From: Bacillota bacterium
Lineage (GTDB): Bacteria; Bacillota_I; Bacilli_A; RFN20; CAG-288
Assembly (NCBI GenBank): GCA_023459795.1
Contig: JAEWSP010000018.1
Coordinates: 30,946 to 94,945, forward strand
Reading direction: 5' to 3'
DNA length: 64,000 nt
Part shown: positions 48,962 through 59,214 of the stretch, piece after piece
How the letters are laid out: every line of letters begins with the position of its first letter
How positions within the stretch are numbered: the first letter of the stretch is position 1
Position numbers and translations under genes: made by a program
The notes under the pieces: model-generated
Databases searched by the model: none
Told to the model about the DNA's origin: nothing
What the model saw: only the letters and a program-made list of their open reading frames with translations

Positions 48962-49846
48962 TTACTTAACCCAATCCGTAGCAAACTGGGTGAGATAAGC
49001 AAGATTTCCGTCTTTGGAGAAGTTATGCAAAGCATGCTCCAGAAGCTTTTTATCCGTGCTTAAGGCAAAGCAGGCACTTCCGGACCCGGACATTCCGCAA
49101 AGGGGAAGCCCCATCTCCTTCATCTGATCCAATATTTTCTGGATGAGAGGAAGTGCTTTAATTGCCGGGATGGCAAGAACATTGACAAGGTTCTTTTCGA
49201 TAAGGGACTCGTCTCCCTTCTTCAGTCCTTCGATAAGCTGCGCGATATCCGGATGCCGGACAGTGGCAGGATCAACAAGGTCGTATGCCTGATAGACGCT
49301 CTTGGTAGAGAGTCCGTACGGAGGTTTCACGATAAGGACATAATACAGGGTCTTCACGGAAATCGGAGAAAGCACTTCTCCGACTCCTCCAACCCGGGAA
49401 GGGAGATTGCGGAAGCAGTAAGGAACGTCCGCACCGACAGAAAGAGCAAGCTTGTTGATTTCCTCCTTGCTGCTAGCAGACTTCGGGAAGGCAGGCTCAA
49501 AAGCCCGGAAGATTGCAGCCGCGTCTGCACTTCCTCCGCCAAGTCCGGCTTCCACCGGAATCTTCTTATAAATAAAAATCTTGAACCTTCCGGTGTCGCT
49601 GCAATGTTTCTTCATGACATCGAGTGCCTTGTAGGCAAGGTTCGATTCATCGCAGACAATGCTAGGATCGTCACAGTAAAGATAAGTATCCTGGGTCTCT
49701 CCCGGGATCCTGGAAATTTCAATCGAATCATGGAGCTTGAGAGGAATCGTCACCATATCGATGTTGTGGTATCCATCTTCTCTCTTGCCTAGAACGTCCA
49801 GCGCTAAGTTAATCTTTGCTAAGGCACGAATCACTAGGGTATTCAT
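48962..49846 (-). CDS. ispE: 4-diphosphocytidyl-2-C-methyl-D-erythritol kinase (GHMP kinase)
   Basis: AKINLALDV N-terminus and GHMP motif PVEAGLGGGSADAAA. I chose the start at MNTLVIR (49846). Confidence 0.85.
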   Translation of the reverse strand: MNTLVIRALAKINLALDVLGKREDGYHNIDMVTIPLKLHDSIEISRIPGETQDTYLYCDDPSIVCDESNLAYKALDVMKKHCSDTGRFKIFIYKKIPVEAGLGGGSADAAAIFRAFEPAFPKSASSKEEINKLALSVGADVPYCFRNLPSRVGGVGEVLSPISVKTLYYVLIVKPPYGLSTKSVYQAYDLVDPATVRHPDIAQLIEGLKKGDESLIEKNLVNVLAIPAIKALPLIQKILDQMKEMGLPLCGMSGSGSACFALSTDKKLLEHALHNFSKDGNLAYLTQFATDWVK

Positions 49847-49953
49847 AGATTTATGTCCTTTTCGGGTTTTCAGCGTACCTATTATAACTTTTTTCTTTCT
49901 TGGTAAGTAGAGTACAAGAAACAAGAAAGAAAATAGTTATAATAAAAGGGACC

Positions 49954-50517
49954 ATGGAAAAGAAACTAAGCTCTTACCAGCTTCTAAGGAACCTCGTCCT
50001 TGCCGCTTCTGACCCGTTTGCAACGGATCAGAAGCTTTTCGATATCCAGCATATCCTGGAAGTCAGCGATTCTTTTCAGGGGGTAAACCATCTTCTCCTA
50101 GTCCAAGCCTATCTCAATGAAGATACCCTTCCTTTCTCCGTTACCAGAGAGAAAGCTTACGAACAGGCAAACAGAGCCCTAGAAGAAGGGAACCGGAAAG
50201 CTTGCTACTATCTCTATCTTCTTACCAAAGACGAGAACAAGCTCAAGGCAAGGCGCTACCTCAATGAAGGAGAGTTTTTTCAGGATCCTACGGCTCTTCT
50301 TGCCAAAGGGTTGGAACTCAAATACGGAGGCCTTTTTAGGAAGAACAGGAAGCAGGCAGAACAGATATTCCTGAAAATGATCTCCCTGAAATCCAGGGAA
50401 GGGTATTACCAGCTCCAGCTGATGAAGTCGGAAGACGGAGATTTCTCCTCGGCAAAGATCATCTATGAAGAAGCAAAGAAGAACGGATTCGAGCTTCCGG
50501 GGTATATCTCCGAATGA
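49954..50517 (+). CDS. Hypothetical protein with Sel1/TPR-like repeats (187 aa)
   Basis: Helical repeat character (KACYYLYLL..., GGLFRKNRKQAEQIF). I chose the start at MEKKLSS. Confidence 0.4.
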   Translation: MEKKLSSYQLLRNLVLAASDPFATDQKLFDIQHILEVSDSFQGVNHLLLVQAYLNEDTLPFSVTREKAYEQANRALEEGNRKACYYLYLLTKDENKLKARRYLNEGEFFQDPTALLAKGLELKYGGLFRKNRKQAEQIFLKMISLKSREGYYQLQLMKSEDGDFSSAKIIYEEAKKNGFELPGYISE

Positions 50518-51173
50518 AACGGGCATGGATCTTCGGTGCTGCTCCCTTCGATTATTCCTCTTTGAACCCGAGTCTCTTTAAAGGAGACACTTCGGTAGCC
50601 GCCGATGGCGGCTACCGTTATTTCCTTTCTGCCGGGTTAGAACCGGACCTCTTTGTCGGTGACTTCGATACGCTGAAGAAAGGCGAACTGCAGAAACCGA
50701 AAAGGATTCTGCCTCTGAATCCGGTCAAGGATGACACCGATACTTTGTTCGCTATCAAAGCTTTGCTTAAAGAAGGATACGACACCTTCGTTCTGGTAGG
50801 GTGCCTTGGCGGAAGAATCGATCAAAGCATCGCCAGCATCCAGTATCTCCTGTTTCTGAAAGAAAACAAAGGGAACGGAATCCTTTTATCTGCAGACGGA
50901 AAAGAGGAGCTTAGGATCCTGAAGGACAGCTCCATCCTTCTGTCCGGAAAAAAGAAGTACCGCTATTCCCTCTTCTCCCTTAGCAAAACTTCAATAGGAG
51001 TAACGGAAAGCAACTGCTTCTATCCGCTAAAAGATAAAACACTGACGGATTCCTATCCTTTAGGAGTCAGCAATGAATGCCTGGGAGAGGGCAAGGATAT
51101 CCCTATTTCAGTAAAGAAGGGAACCCTTCTTCTGGTTCTCCCTCTGATTGCCTTAGAAGACCCTTATAAATAG
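50514..51173 (+). CDS. thiN: Thiamine pyrophosphokinase
   Basis: N-terminal catalytic region FGAAPFD...AADGGY...FVGDFDT typical of TPK. Confidence 0.8.
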   Translation: MKRAWIFGAAPFDYSSLNPSLFKGDTSVAADGGYRYFLSAGLEPDLFVGDFDTLKKGELQKPKRILPLNPVKDDTDTLFAIKALLKEGYDTFVLVGCLGGRIDQSIASIQYLLFLKENKGNGILLSADGKEELRILKDSSILLSGKKKYRYSLFSLSKTSIGVTESNCFYPLKDKTLTDSYPLGVSNECLGEGKDIPISVKKGTLLLVLPLIALEDPYK

Positions 51174-51181
51174 AAAAGCAG

Positions 51182-51832
51182 TTATTTTTCTTTTGTTTTC
51201 AGTTCATCAGGAATCGGAACGGATGTCGTCCCCACTTCATCGATTGACCAGCGAGTTTCCCAATTAAAATAATCATTTTTGCTCGTCGAACTCCATAGGA
51301 TTTCTTTAATTTCCCCGTCCTCGGCATAATAAGAATACGTCTGCGAGTAATCCTTCCCTTCAAAATAGATTCCGGTATAACACTTGTTCTTGCTGTTGTA
51401 GGAAAGCTTGGAATAATCCAAGAACCAATCCATCTTTGCTCCATTGTAAGGCATACTCACAATACACCAGCCATATCCATTTTTTGAGCAGTAATACACA
51501 CGAGAACCTTGGACCTGAGAATTAGGTTCTTCATTCGGATTTGGCAGCCAAGATATGCAGGAACATGCCTCAGGATTATCCGGTTCTACATCATTCGTAT
51601 AGGAATAATACTGGTTTACGTAATCATATTGGTACAATTCCGGGAATTCAGGATTCGGAGTACGGACTCCATCTTCCACTCCGATATTGTCAGCAAACAC
51701 CCTGCTTAAGGTAAAAGAGGATTTGGTCAGCTCTCCAACAGAGGAATCATATTCCTCTTTGCTAAGCTTTGTAGAGTTCTTTGAACAGCCCGGAAGAAAG
51801 GAAGCACAAAAGGTAAGAAAGAGAATCTGCAT
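51182..51832 (-). CDS. Lipoprotein (216 aa as given) whose SD-linked start codon is out of frame because of an A8 tract
   Basis: As given the ORF starts MQILFLTFCASFLPGC, with lipobox LPGC but no charged n-region and no SD. ATGs at 51860, 51857 and 51848 with SD AGGGAGA read MMENMKKNSNADS... and stop after 32 codons. With A7 the frame gives MMENMKKTVMQILFLTFCASFLPGC. Confidence 0.55.
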   Translation of the reverse strand: MQILFLTFCASFLPGCSKNSTKLSKEEYDSSVGELTKSSFTLSRVFADNIGVEDGVRTPNPEFPELYQYDYVNQYYSYTNDVEPDNPEACSCISWLPNPNEEPNSQVQGSRVYYCSKNGYGWCIVSMPYNGAKMDWFLDYSKLSYNSKNKCYTGIYFEGKDYSQTYSYYAEDGEIKEILWSSTSKNDYFNWETRWSIDEVGTTSVPIPDELKTKEK

Positions 51833-51837
51833 TACTG

Positions 51838-51845
51838 TTTTTTTT
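51838..51845 (-). repeat. Homopolymeric A8 tract (T8 on plus strand) inside the lipoprotein signal-peptide coding region
   Basis: Counted directly: gtttttttttcatg. Confidence 0.7.
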
Positions 51846-52098
51846 CATGTTTTCCATCATTTTCTCCCTTTTGGTAATTCACCCATTGTAGGAGCGGGAC
51901 CGTAACTTTTAAATGCCGGCCTGCCCTCCCGATTAACTCTTCGTTAGCGTATTCTGCCTCATCAAAAACTGGCCGGGGTTCCTTATTTATTGGTCTTATC
52001 CCGGCATCAAAAAAACAAAACCTGGAAATTGTTCCTTCTTATCTAAAAACCAAGCCTTAATTCCTTTACCAGACACAAAAGATAAACGCTTAAAAAGC

Positions 52099-53799
52099 TT
52101 ATTTCTTTTCCGTAATCTTCCCGTTTTTAACCAGGAGAACCTTGTTGAAGCCAAGCTGATCGCTAAGCCTGTGGGAAATCGATAGAACGGTTCTGCTGCT
52201 GCTTGCAGCAGAAAGGGCCCGGATGACTTCCTGCTCCGTTTCGGAGTCGAGGTTAGCGGAAATCTCGTCCAGCAAAAGAATAGAAGGAGAATTCACAAGG
52301 GCACGGGCAAGGCCTAATAGCTGCAACTGTCCTCTTGAGAAATCGGTCTCCTTGAAGGGGGCATGATAACCACCTTTTATCCTGGTAGAGACATAATCAT
52401 CCAGGAAGGCTTCCTTCATCGCCTTATGGACTGCATCCAAAGAAATCGACTCATCCCCTAAGGTAACCTGATCCAGAACCGTACCGGGAACAGGGGAGAA
52501 CCCCTGTTCGACGTATCCGAAGATCTTCTTCTTTTCCTCGTCCGGAATCTGGATGGTACTGACTCCGTTCACAAGGATTGCTCCCTCGGTTGGAGGAAGA
52601 AGCCCGAGGATCAGCTTGAAGAGGGTGGTCTTTCCGATTCCGGTTCTCCCGGTCAGGGATGCCTGGTCCAAGGAAGAGAGGGAGAAAGAAGCATGGTCAA
52701 AGATATATTCCGTTCCGTCTTCGTAGCGGAAAGAGAGATTGTCAAATTGGAGAATTGGTTTATTTGGCCTAGATAATACATAGGAAGCAGTAAAGGTCTG
52801 GTCTTTTCCGTTTATTTCTTCTTCGTTGAGGAATTCCTCTACCCGGATGACACCAGAGAAGCCTTCCTGCAGGGACTGGAAGTCCTGCCCGAGTTCTTTC
52901 ACCGGAGAGAAAAGATCCTGGATCAGGTTCAGGGAAGCAGCAAAGGAGCCGACGGTAAGACCGACAATCTGGGAAGAGGAATCCAGATTCATCGTCTTGA
53001 CGACAGCAAAGGTAACCAAGGCGATGACGAGGGACTGAAGCAGATCAATAAGGGGCGGATAGAAGGAATCGAACAATGCCGTTCTGTTCTGTGCCTTGTC
53101 GCCATCGATCAGCTTCTCGTTGAATTTGCCTTCCCGATACCCTCTCTTCCCGAGGTTATGGACAGTAACCGCCGTATCGATGGATTCGGAGAGCATATTG
53201 CTTTCCTTGTTTAAGGCAGTCCTTACCTGAAGCTGCGCCTTCTTGCTCTTCCGGCGGAACAGTTCCGTAAGGAGAAAAATCAGCGGAACGGTAGCGAGAA
53301 GTATCAGTCCCAGCACCCAGCTGAAATAGAACACGGAGACCGTAATAGAGATAATCTTCAGGGAAGAAACAAGAATAGAAACCAGTCCGCTCTCAAACAA
53401 GGTTTCGATTGCTGTGACATCATCCATGATGTGGGATGTCATCTCGCCGGTTCCGTGCTTGGTGAAATACCCGGGTTTCATCTTATGTGTCTTCTGGATC
53501 ATCAGCCTCCTAAGGTCTGCAATCATCTCCTGGCCCATCCTATCGACAAGATAGGTCTCCAGGAAGGAGAACATTGCGGAGAGAAGATAGCTTCCGAAGT
53601 AGAGCAGGGTAATGCCTAGGAAGGAGACTCCGACTTCGGCTGCCGTATCAAAGTACTGATCGAAGATGATCTTCAGAAAGAAGGATGGGGCAAGGACAAG
53701 AGAGGATTCCATCAGTATCGAAACAGCAAGAAGGATTGTCTCCTTGATATGTTTCCGGATATATCCTTTCAGGAAGGACCGGACTGTGAATTTTTTCAT
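52099..53799 (-). CDS. ABC exporter, fused permease/ATP-binding subunit (heterodimer partner 1)
   Basis: Six-TM domain plus NBD. Walker A GRTGIGKTT, signature FSRGQLQLL and Walker B ILLLDE. The ATG overlaps the upstream gene's stop (ATGA). Confidence 0.85.
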   Translation of the reverse strand: MKKFTVRSFLKGYIRKHIKETILLAVSILMESSLVLAPSFFLKIIFDQYFDTAAEVGVSFLGITLLYFGSYLLSAMFSFLETYLVDRMGQEMIADLRRLMIQKTHKMKPGYFTKHGTGEMTSHIMDDVTAIETLFESGLVSILVSSLKIISITVSVFYFSWVLGLILLATVPLIFLLTELFRRKSKKAQLQVRTALNKESNMLSESIDTAVTVHNLGKRGYREGKFNEKLIDGDKAQNRTALFDSFYPPLIDLLQSLVIALVTFAVVKTMNLDSSSQIVGLTVGSFAASLNLIQDLFSPVKELGQDFQSLQEGFSGVIRVEEFLNEEEINGKDQTFTASYVLSRPNKPILQFDNLSFRYEDGTEYIFDHASFSLSSLDQASLTGRTGIGKTTLFKLILGLLPPTEGAILVNGVSTIQIPDEEKKKIFGYVEQGFSPVPGTVLDQVTLGDESISLDAVHKAMKEAFLDDYVSTRIKGGYHAPFKETDFSRGQLQLLGLARALVNSPSILLLDEISANLDSETEQEVIRALSAASSSRTVLSISHRLSDQLGFNKVLLVKNGKITEKK

Positions 53800-55580
53800 T
53801 TCCCTGCCTCCCCGCTTGTTGTCTGAAGCTCCCAAAGCCTCTTGTAGCAGGAAGACTTCTTCAGCAGTTCTTCATGGGTGCCGAAAGACCATCTGCCGTT
53901 TCCTTCCAGGACCAGGATTCCATCCAGGTCCGGGAACAGGGAAAGCCTATGGGAGACTAGAAGAATCAAGGACTCCTTCTTCCTCTCTTCCAGAACGGTC
54001 TTCCGGATTTCTCTTTCCGTTGTCACATCGATGCTGGCAAAAGGATCGTCTAAGAGGATCAGATCCTTCGGATGGGAAAGAGTTCTTGCCAAAGCAATTC
54101 TTTCCTGCTGACCTCCGGACAGCTTGACGCCTTCATTTCCAACTATTGTCTTCTCCCCTTCCGGCATACCGGAAAGATCCTTTGCAAAGGAAACAGAGGC
54201 AAGAGCTTTCCCGACATCCACATTATCTCCATATGCTACATTGTCTTTAAGAGTATCCGTCAAAAGGTCCGCCTTATGTCCCATATAGGAGATTGTTCCG
54301 ACAATCTCCGGGTCCGAATAGTCTTTAACTTCTTTTCCAAACAAGGCCATGCTTCCGGAATACGGAAGAACCTTTAGAAGCGTTTTAAGAAATACGCTTT
54401 TTCCAGAAGCAATCTCTCCTGTTATTCCGATAATCTGTCCCTTCTTTGCAGTGAAAGATAAATTTGTAATCCGGTCTTTGTTCGATAAAGTAAGGGTGTA
54501 GTCCTTCAAGACCAAGGAATCGTCCTTCTTCACTTCCTCCGGCGACTCATACGGAGCATAAGGCTTCATGAATGGCTGTATTCTCCTCCAGCTGGCAAGA
54601 CCTTTCTGGACCGTTGTGAAAAGCTTTGCCGTATGGCTCGACTTCTTGGCAAGAAGAATGAAGACCGTAAGGTAAGCTTCGAAAAGTCCGTCATCCCAGA
54701 CATCGGAAGGGAGAAGAGGATTAGGATAGAAAACAGGAGTACCATTCCGGACCATTCCGATTCCGAGGTAAAGGATAGGTATCAATCCGACAAGGGCAAG
54801 GATATCGACAACAGGCATCATGGTATCGGAAAGAACGTTGCTTTTAGTCGTATCCTTCTGATACTGGGAGAGTGCCTTGCTTGCTTTTTCTTCGATTGCC
54901 TTGTCTCTTCCGTATACCCGGTAAAGGAGAGCGTGGTCGAAGGTATCGAAGGCCAGAGAGGAGACTACGGAATAGCTCTTCCGGCTCTTTGCCTGAGAAG
55001 TATAGACCAGTTTTCTCAAGACAAAAGCAACCAGGATCGAGAAAGCAACCGGGATCAAGGCAAAGGCAGTGATCCTTGGATCAAAGAGGAAGAGATAAGC
55101 AATATAAGACAGGAACAGGATGACGGTATCGAAGATCTCGGTCGTAATCTTCCGCATGCCTTCTACGGCTGCTTTGACATCTCCCATTGCTCTGGAGAGA
55201 AGAGCACCGACATTCTCTTTCTGCAGGTCTTCCGGTTTTTCCTGGAGCAGGTTGTTGTAGACATTGAGCCGCATCGCATGGGTTGTCTGATAAGCAAACA
55301 CCCGGATTCCAAATCTCTTTCCGGAACGGAATCCTTGGACTATAAGCATTGCCAGAAGATAGTATACTAGCAATGCCAGGATAGAAGAGACATCGCTCTT
55401 TGCCGAAACAGCATTGATAAGCCTGCCCTGGAAATAAGGGTTGGCAATCATGCCGATGTTGTATCCGATTCCAGTGACCGTGATAAAAAGAAGGAGCCAG
55501 AAATGGTCCTTCCAGTAAGACGATAAATGATCTGGTTTGTCGGTCAGTTTATAACCGCCGGATTCGATAATGGCTTTCAT
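53796..55580 (-). CDS. ABC exporter, fused permease/ATP-binding subunit (heterodimer partner 2)
   Basis: Walker A GEIASGKSV, signature LSGGQQERIALAR and Walker B LILLDDPFASID. Confidence 0.85.
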   Translation of the reverse strand: MKAIIESGGYKLTDKPDHLSSYWKDHFWLLLFITVTGIGYNIGMIANPYFQGRLINAVSAKSDVSSILALLVYYLLAMLIVQGFRSGKRFGIRVFAYQTTHAMRLNVYNNLLQEKPEDLQKENVGALLSRAMGDVKAAVEGMRKITTEIFDTVILFLSYIAYLFLFDPRITAFALIPVAFSILVAFVLRKLVYTSQAKSRKSYSVVSSLAFDTFDHALLYRVYGRDKAIEEKASKALSQYQKDTTKSNVLSDTMMPVVDILALVGLIPILYLGIGMVRNGTPVFYPNPLLPSDVWDDGLFEAYLTVFILLAKKSSHTAKLFTTVQKGLASWRRIQPFMKPYAPYESPEEVKKDDSLVLKDYTLTLSNKDRITNLSFTAKKGQIIGITGEIASGKSVFLKTLLKVLPYSGSMALFGKEVKDYSDPEIVGTISYMGHKADLLTDTLKDNVAYGDNVDVGKALASVSFAKDLSGMPEGEKTIVGNEGVKLSGGQQERIALARTLSHPKDLILLDDPFASIDVTTEREIRKTVLEERKKESLILLVSHRLSLFPDLDGILVLEGNGRWSFGTHEELLKKSSCYKRLWELQTTSGEAGK

Positions 55581-55814
55581 CTAGGTTATTATAACGTAAA
55601 AAAGGATTCCTTTTCTCTTTTCCCAAGAAAAAGGAAAGCACTTCCTAATTGTTTCTTTTTTCTTCCTAAAAATAATCCTCTTCCTTTTCCCTTTGTTTTT
55701 TCCTGTTTTCTTCTTGAAAAGGGACTTATCATATTGGATCTATAAGTTAAATATTTGCTCTTTGCCTTAATAACCCATAAAATAGAACCGCCTTTTCCCA
55801 AATGGAGGCTTCAT

Positions 55815-58115
55815 ATGAGTAATAGAAAACGTACCGCCTTTGCCGGGCTTCTCTTTTCTGGTTTGCTTTTGATGACATCCTGCTCCTTAAACGCTTCCCG
55901 AGGCTCTACCTCTTCTTCTACCTCCTCTACTTCTGGCGCCCCTTCTACTTCCAGTAAAAAAGCTTCTGCAATCCAGATCGTTCCACCGGATAAGAAAGAA
56001 TACCGTAGAGGAGATGCCTTTGACATTTCCGGTCTTTCTGTTTCTTTGGTTTACGAAGATGGGACCAAAGAAGCAGCAAGCGACTATACCCTAACTTTTT
56101 CCGAAACGGGAGAAGAGATTGCTAACGGCGATATCCTGGATTACGAGGATGGAACCCATACGATCACAGTAGCCGTTACAGGAGTCGGATTTGCCAGCTT
56201 TGACATCTCGACCTGGACAGCAACTCCAAAGAGCAGATACCTGGATCTTACTTCTCTTCCGACAAAGACCATCTATATTGTCAAAAACCAGGAAGCTTTC
56301 TCTTCGGAAGGCCTGGGCGCTATTTATACCGTAATTTTCCAGGGATACCTGAACGGAGTCAAGAAAACGGAACAAAAGGATACGACTGTTACCGATCTTG
56401 TTACCTTCAGCATAGATGGAAAGACTCTTTCCGAAGGAGATGTTTTCACCGTAGATGATTACGGAACGAAAGCCGTAACCGTTACTTATTCAGAAGACGG
56501 AAAGACGGTCACAGCAGTTTTCTATATCACAATCGTAAGCGGAGACACGGCTCCGAAAAAATATACGGATACAACAAATCCCATCGTCACCGGTTCGAAT
56601 ACGATCAAGCTGACCATCACCAATCCCAACTCCGCTCATACGACCGGAACCAACAACTACATCGCTCCCGATGATGTAGATGCAACGAAGTACAGCATCC
56701 CTAACTACTATGCCAAGAAGAATTATGAAAACTGGCGTTACCTTCCGACAACCGGAAAGGTTCCGCTTTTGATTGTTCCGGTATTCTTCACGGATCAGAC
56801 TCAGTATGATACAACGGCAAACAGGGATCTGATGAAGAAGTGCTTCTTCGGAAAGAGCACGGACCTGAATTTCGAATCCCTGCATTCGTATTACTACAAA
56901 TCCAGTTACGGAAAACTGGATTTCACCGGCTCCATTGCTCCTTCTTTCTATCCTCAGGTCAGTATTCCTGCCCTGCAATCCACTTCTACGGAGTCTTTCA
57001 GCGAGGCATCCATGTTAACTATGCTGACCGCTCTTCCGGATTACCTGAAGACCCTTGGATATGATCTCACTCAATATGATTCCGATTCTGACGGATATTT
57101 GGATAGCGTCTGGATGATATACGGACACAGCACGGAAGCAAGCTCCACCTCCAACTGGTGGGCTTATTCCTCGACCCTTTCTGTGATCCCCGCAAGCGTA
57201 GCTTCTCCGACCGTCAACAACTTCGGATGGACTTCCTTTGATTTCCTCAATGATGACTTTAGCGGAGGTTCCTCTATTGCAAATGCCGGAGGAGATGCCC
57301 ACGTCCTGATCCATGAAACCGGACATCTTCTCGGCCTCTCGGATTATTATTCCTACTATTCCTCGACCTACGATCCTCTTGGCGGATACGATATGATGGC
57401 CTATAACGTCGGAGATCATAATCCTTATTCCAAACTCCTTTATGGTTGGGTGGATCCTTACCTCGTATACGGAAACAGCACCATCACCCTCAGCCTCAAT
57501 ACCAAAAACAATCACCAGGTCGTCCTGATTCCATATGATTCCAAAGACTACAGCGATACAAAGTATCAGGAAACCATCCAAAACGCAGACGGAACAACCT
57601 CAACGAAGACCTGGGTGAATCCCTATGATGAATATATGATTCTGGATTTCTACACGAACGCCAACATGGACAGCCAGTCCTATGACTGCTATGGGTCTGC
57701 TCCGATTAATGGAACCGGCGTTAGGATATACCACGCCGATCACCGCCTTTTCAAAGCCTCCGGTATTATCACCACCGTAACCGAATACTCAAATCCGGAT
57801 GCTCCTCTTTCCACAACGGATCTAGTAAATGCAGCAATCAATAATTCGGAAGGCGGCGATAGAGCCGAATCCGGTTTCGGGCTTCCTACCAGCTACGATG
57901 CCTTTGATGAACTCCGTTTGATAGCTAAGGACAAGTCTATCTTGGACCTGAATGCAACACAGAAAACCTATAAGGGTGATTCCACTGCTCCTTCCGTCCT
58001 CTTCAAAGCCGGCAGTTCCTTCTCTCTTTCTTCCTACTCTGCTTCCTTCCCGAAGACAACGACATTCAACAACGGCAAATCCTTCAGCTACAATATCTCC
58101 TTCTCCAACAACTAA
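55815..58115 (+). CDS. Large surface lipoprotein with zinc-metalloprotease motif HEXXHXXGXXD (M6 immune-inhibitor-A-like / M7-like), 766 aa
   Basis: Signal peptide plus lipobox (LLLMTSC). The N-terminal region is S/T-rich. HVLIHETGHLLGLSDYY motif. GGAGG SD. I chose the start at 55815. Confidence 0.65.
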   Translation: MSNRKRTAFAGLLFSGLLLMTSCSLNASRGSTSSSTSSTSGAPSTSSKKASAIQIVPPDKKEYRRGDAFDISGLSVSLVYEDGTKEAASDYTLTFSETGEEIANGDILDYEDGTHTITVAVTGVGFASFDISTWTATPKSRYLDLTSLPTKTIYIVKNQEAFSSEGLGAIYTVIFQGYLNGVKKTEQKDTTVTDLVTFSIDGKTLSEGDVFTVDDYGTKAVTVTYSEDGKTVTAVFYITIVSGDTAPKKYTDTTNPIVTGSNTIKLTITNPNSAHTTGTNNYIAPDDVDATKYSIPNYYAKKNYENWRYLPTTGKVPLLIVPVFFTDQTQYDTTANRDLMKKCFFGKSTDLNFESLHSYYYKSSYGKLDFTGSIAPSFYPQVSIPALQSTSTESFSEASMLTMLTALPDYLKTLGYDLTQYDSDSDGYLDSVWMIYGHSTEASSTSNWWAYSSTLSVIPASVASPTVNNFGWTSFDFLNDDFSGGSSIANAGGDAHVLIHETGHLLGLSDYYSYYSSTYDPLGGYDMMAYNVGDHNPYSKLLYGWVDPYLVYGNSTITLSLNTKNNHQVVLIPYDSKDYSDTKYQETIQNADGTTSTKTWVNPYDEYMILDFYTNANMDSQSYDCYGSAPINGTGVRIYHADHRLFKASGIITTVTEYSNPDAPLSTTDLVNAAINNSEGGDRAESGFGLPTSYDAFDELRLIAKDKSILDLNATQKTYKGDSTAPSVLFKAGSSFSLSSYSASFPKTTTFNNGKSFSYNISFSNN

Positions 58116-58118
58116 AAA

Positions 58119-58158
58119 GCAAATCATCCTGACCGGCTGGTCAGGATGATTTTTGTTT
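58119..58158. terminator. Bidirectional terminator between convergent metalloprotease and DUF368 genes
   Basis: 14-bp stem AAATCATCCTGACC-ggc-TGGTCAGGATGATTT followed by TTTGTTTG. It overlaps the DUF368 stop codon. Confidence 0.55.
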
Positions 58159-59214
58159 GTCTTTTTTGTCTCCTAGCTTCACCAGAAGCACAGAGATAAT
58201 TATTCCAAGAGCAAGGAACGGAATTCCAAGAGCGGCATCTACGATTTCTCCCCGGGTAAGTGCACCTGTATCCTGAATCTGGAAATACCATTTCATATAG
58301 GCATCGATGAAGACTTCCCTGGAACAGAACATCATCAGGATAGAACCTAAAGACAGACCGACGATGGCTTCATTGGTAAGCTGCCTGTGCTTGCTGAAGC
58401 AATGATCCACCAGAACATTCGTAAAGAAGAATCCAAGAGCAAAGCCGACACCTAGAAGAGCATATATTACAAAGATAAGAGGATGAATAACCCAGTACCC
58501 AATATGTACTGTGTCTAGAATTCCGGAATAGATTCCGATCATCATGCAGAAGGCACTTCCGCTAAGGCCAGGAACAACCTGGGTAAGACCGATTACCATA
58601 CCGATTGGAGCAATCAATAGATATAGGGAAACAGGATAGGTAGTTCCAAATGCCTGGTCCGCTTTTTCATAAAGGGTAGATGAGGAATCAATGACTGGAC
58701 GCTGGAAGATCTCGCTGCGAGTAAAATACAAAGTCAGGAAACAGATAAGAGCAGGAATCAGGAGTCCTAAAACCATCATCAACCAATCCTTGGATTGTTT
58801 CTTATAACCTTTAATATTCCTCTGCAAAACGGGGAAGGAACCAATCATCAATCCGGCAAAGAGAAGTATGGTCGAAAATGGCAGTACCTTAAGCAGGGCT
58901 TGCAACCCAAAAAGACCGGCCAGAAATCCAATCGCGTTTCCAATATAAGTGGGAAGAAGGAAAAGGAAGCAGCGTTTGAAATCTTTAAAAATATGAGCAT
59001 TGGCATAAACGATCTTGTCGTACAAGCCAAAGACCATCATCAAAGCAGGAGAACTGACTCCCGGAATAATTGCAAATAGCCCCATAGCGACTCCCAAAAG
59101 CATGGCGTGGAAGAAACCTTTCCGATCATATTTGACAAAGTCGAATGTGTTAGAGTTTTCTTGTGGTTTTTCCATTACTTTATCTTCCTTTTTTCGATAG
59201 AACTTATTATACAT
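58141..59214 (-). CDS. DUF368-family membrane protein (putative polyprenyl-phosphate transporter, UptA/PopT-like)
   Basis: Two internal repeats with the PG(V/L)S motif (IIPGVSSPALMMV and VVPGLSGSAFCMM). Ten or more TM helices. Confidence 0.7.
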   Translation of the reverse strand: MYNKFYRKKEDKVMEKPQENSNTFDFVKYDRKGFFHAMLLGVAMGLFAIIPGVSSPALMMVFGLYDKIVYANAHIFKDFKRCFLFLLPTYIGNAIGFLAGLFGLQALLKVLPFSTILLFAGLMIGSFPVLQRNIKGYKKQSKDWLMMVLGLLIPALICFLTLYFTRSEIFQRPVIDSSSTLYEKADQAFGTTYPVSLYLLIAPIGMVIGLTQVVPGLSGSAFCMMIGIYSGILDTVHIGYWVIHPLIFVIYALLGVGFALGFFFTNVLVDHCFSKHRQLTNEAIVGLSLGSILMMFCSREVFIDAYMKWYFQIQDTGALTRGEIVDAALGIPFLALGIIISVLLVKLGDKKDKQKSS

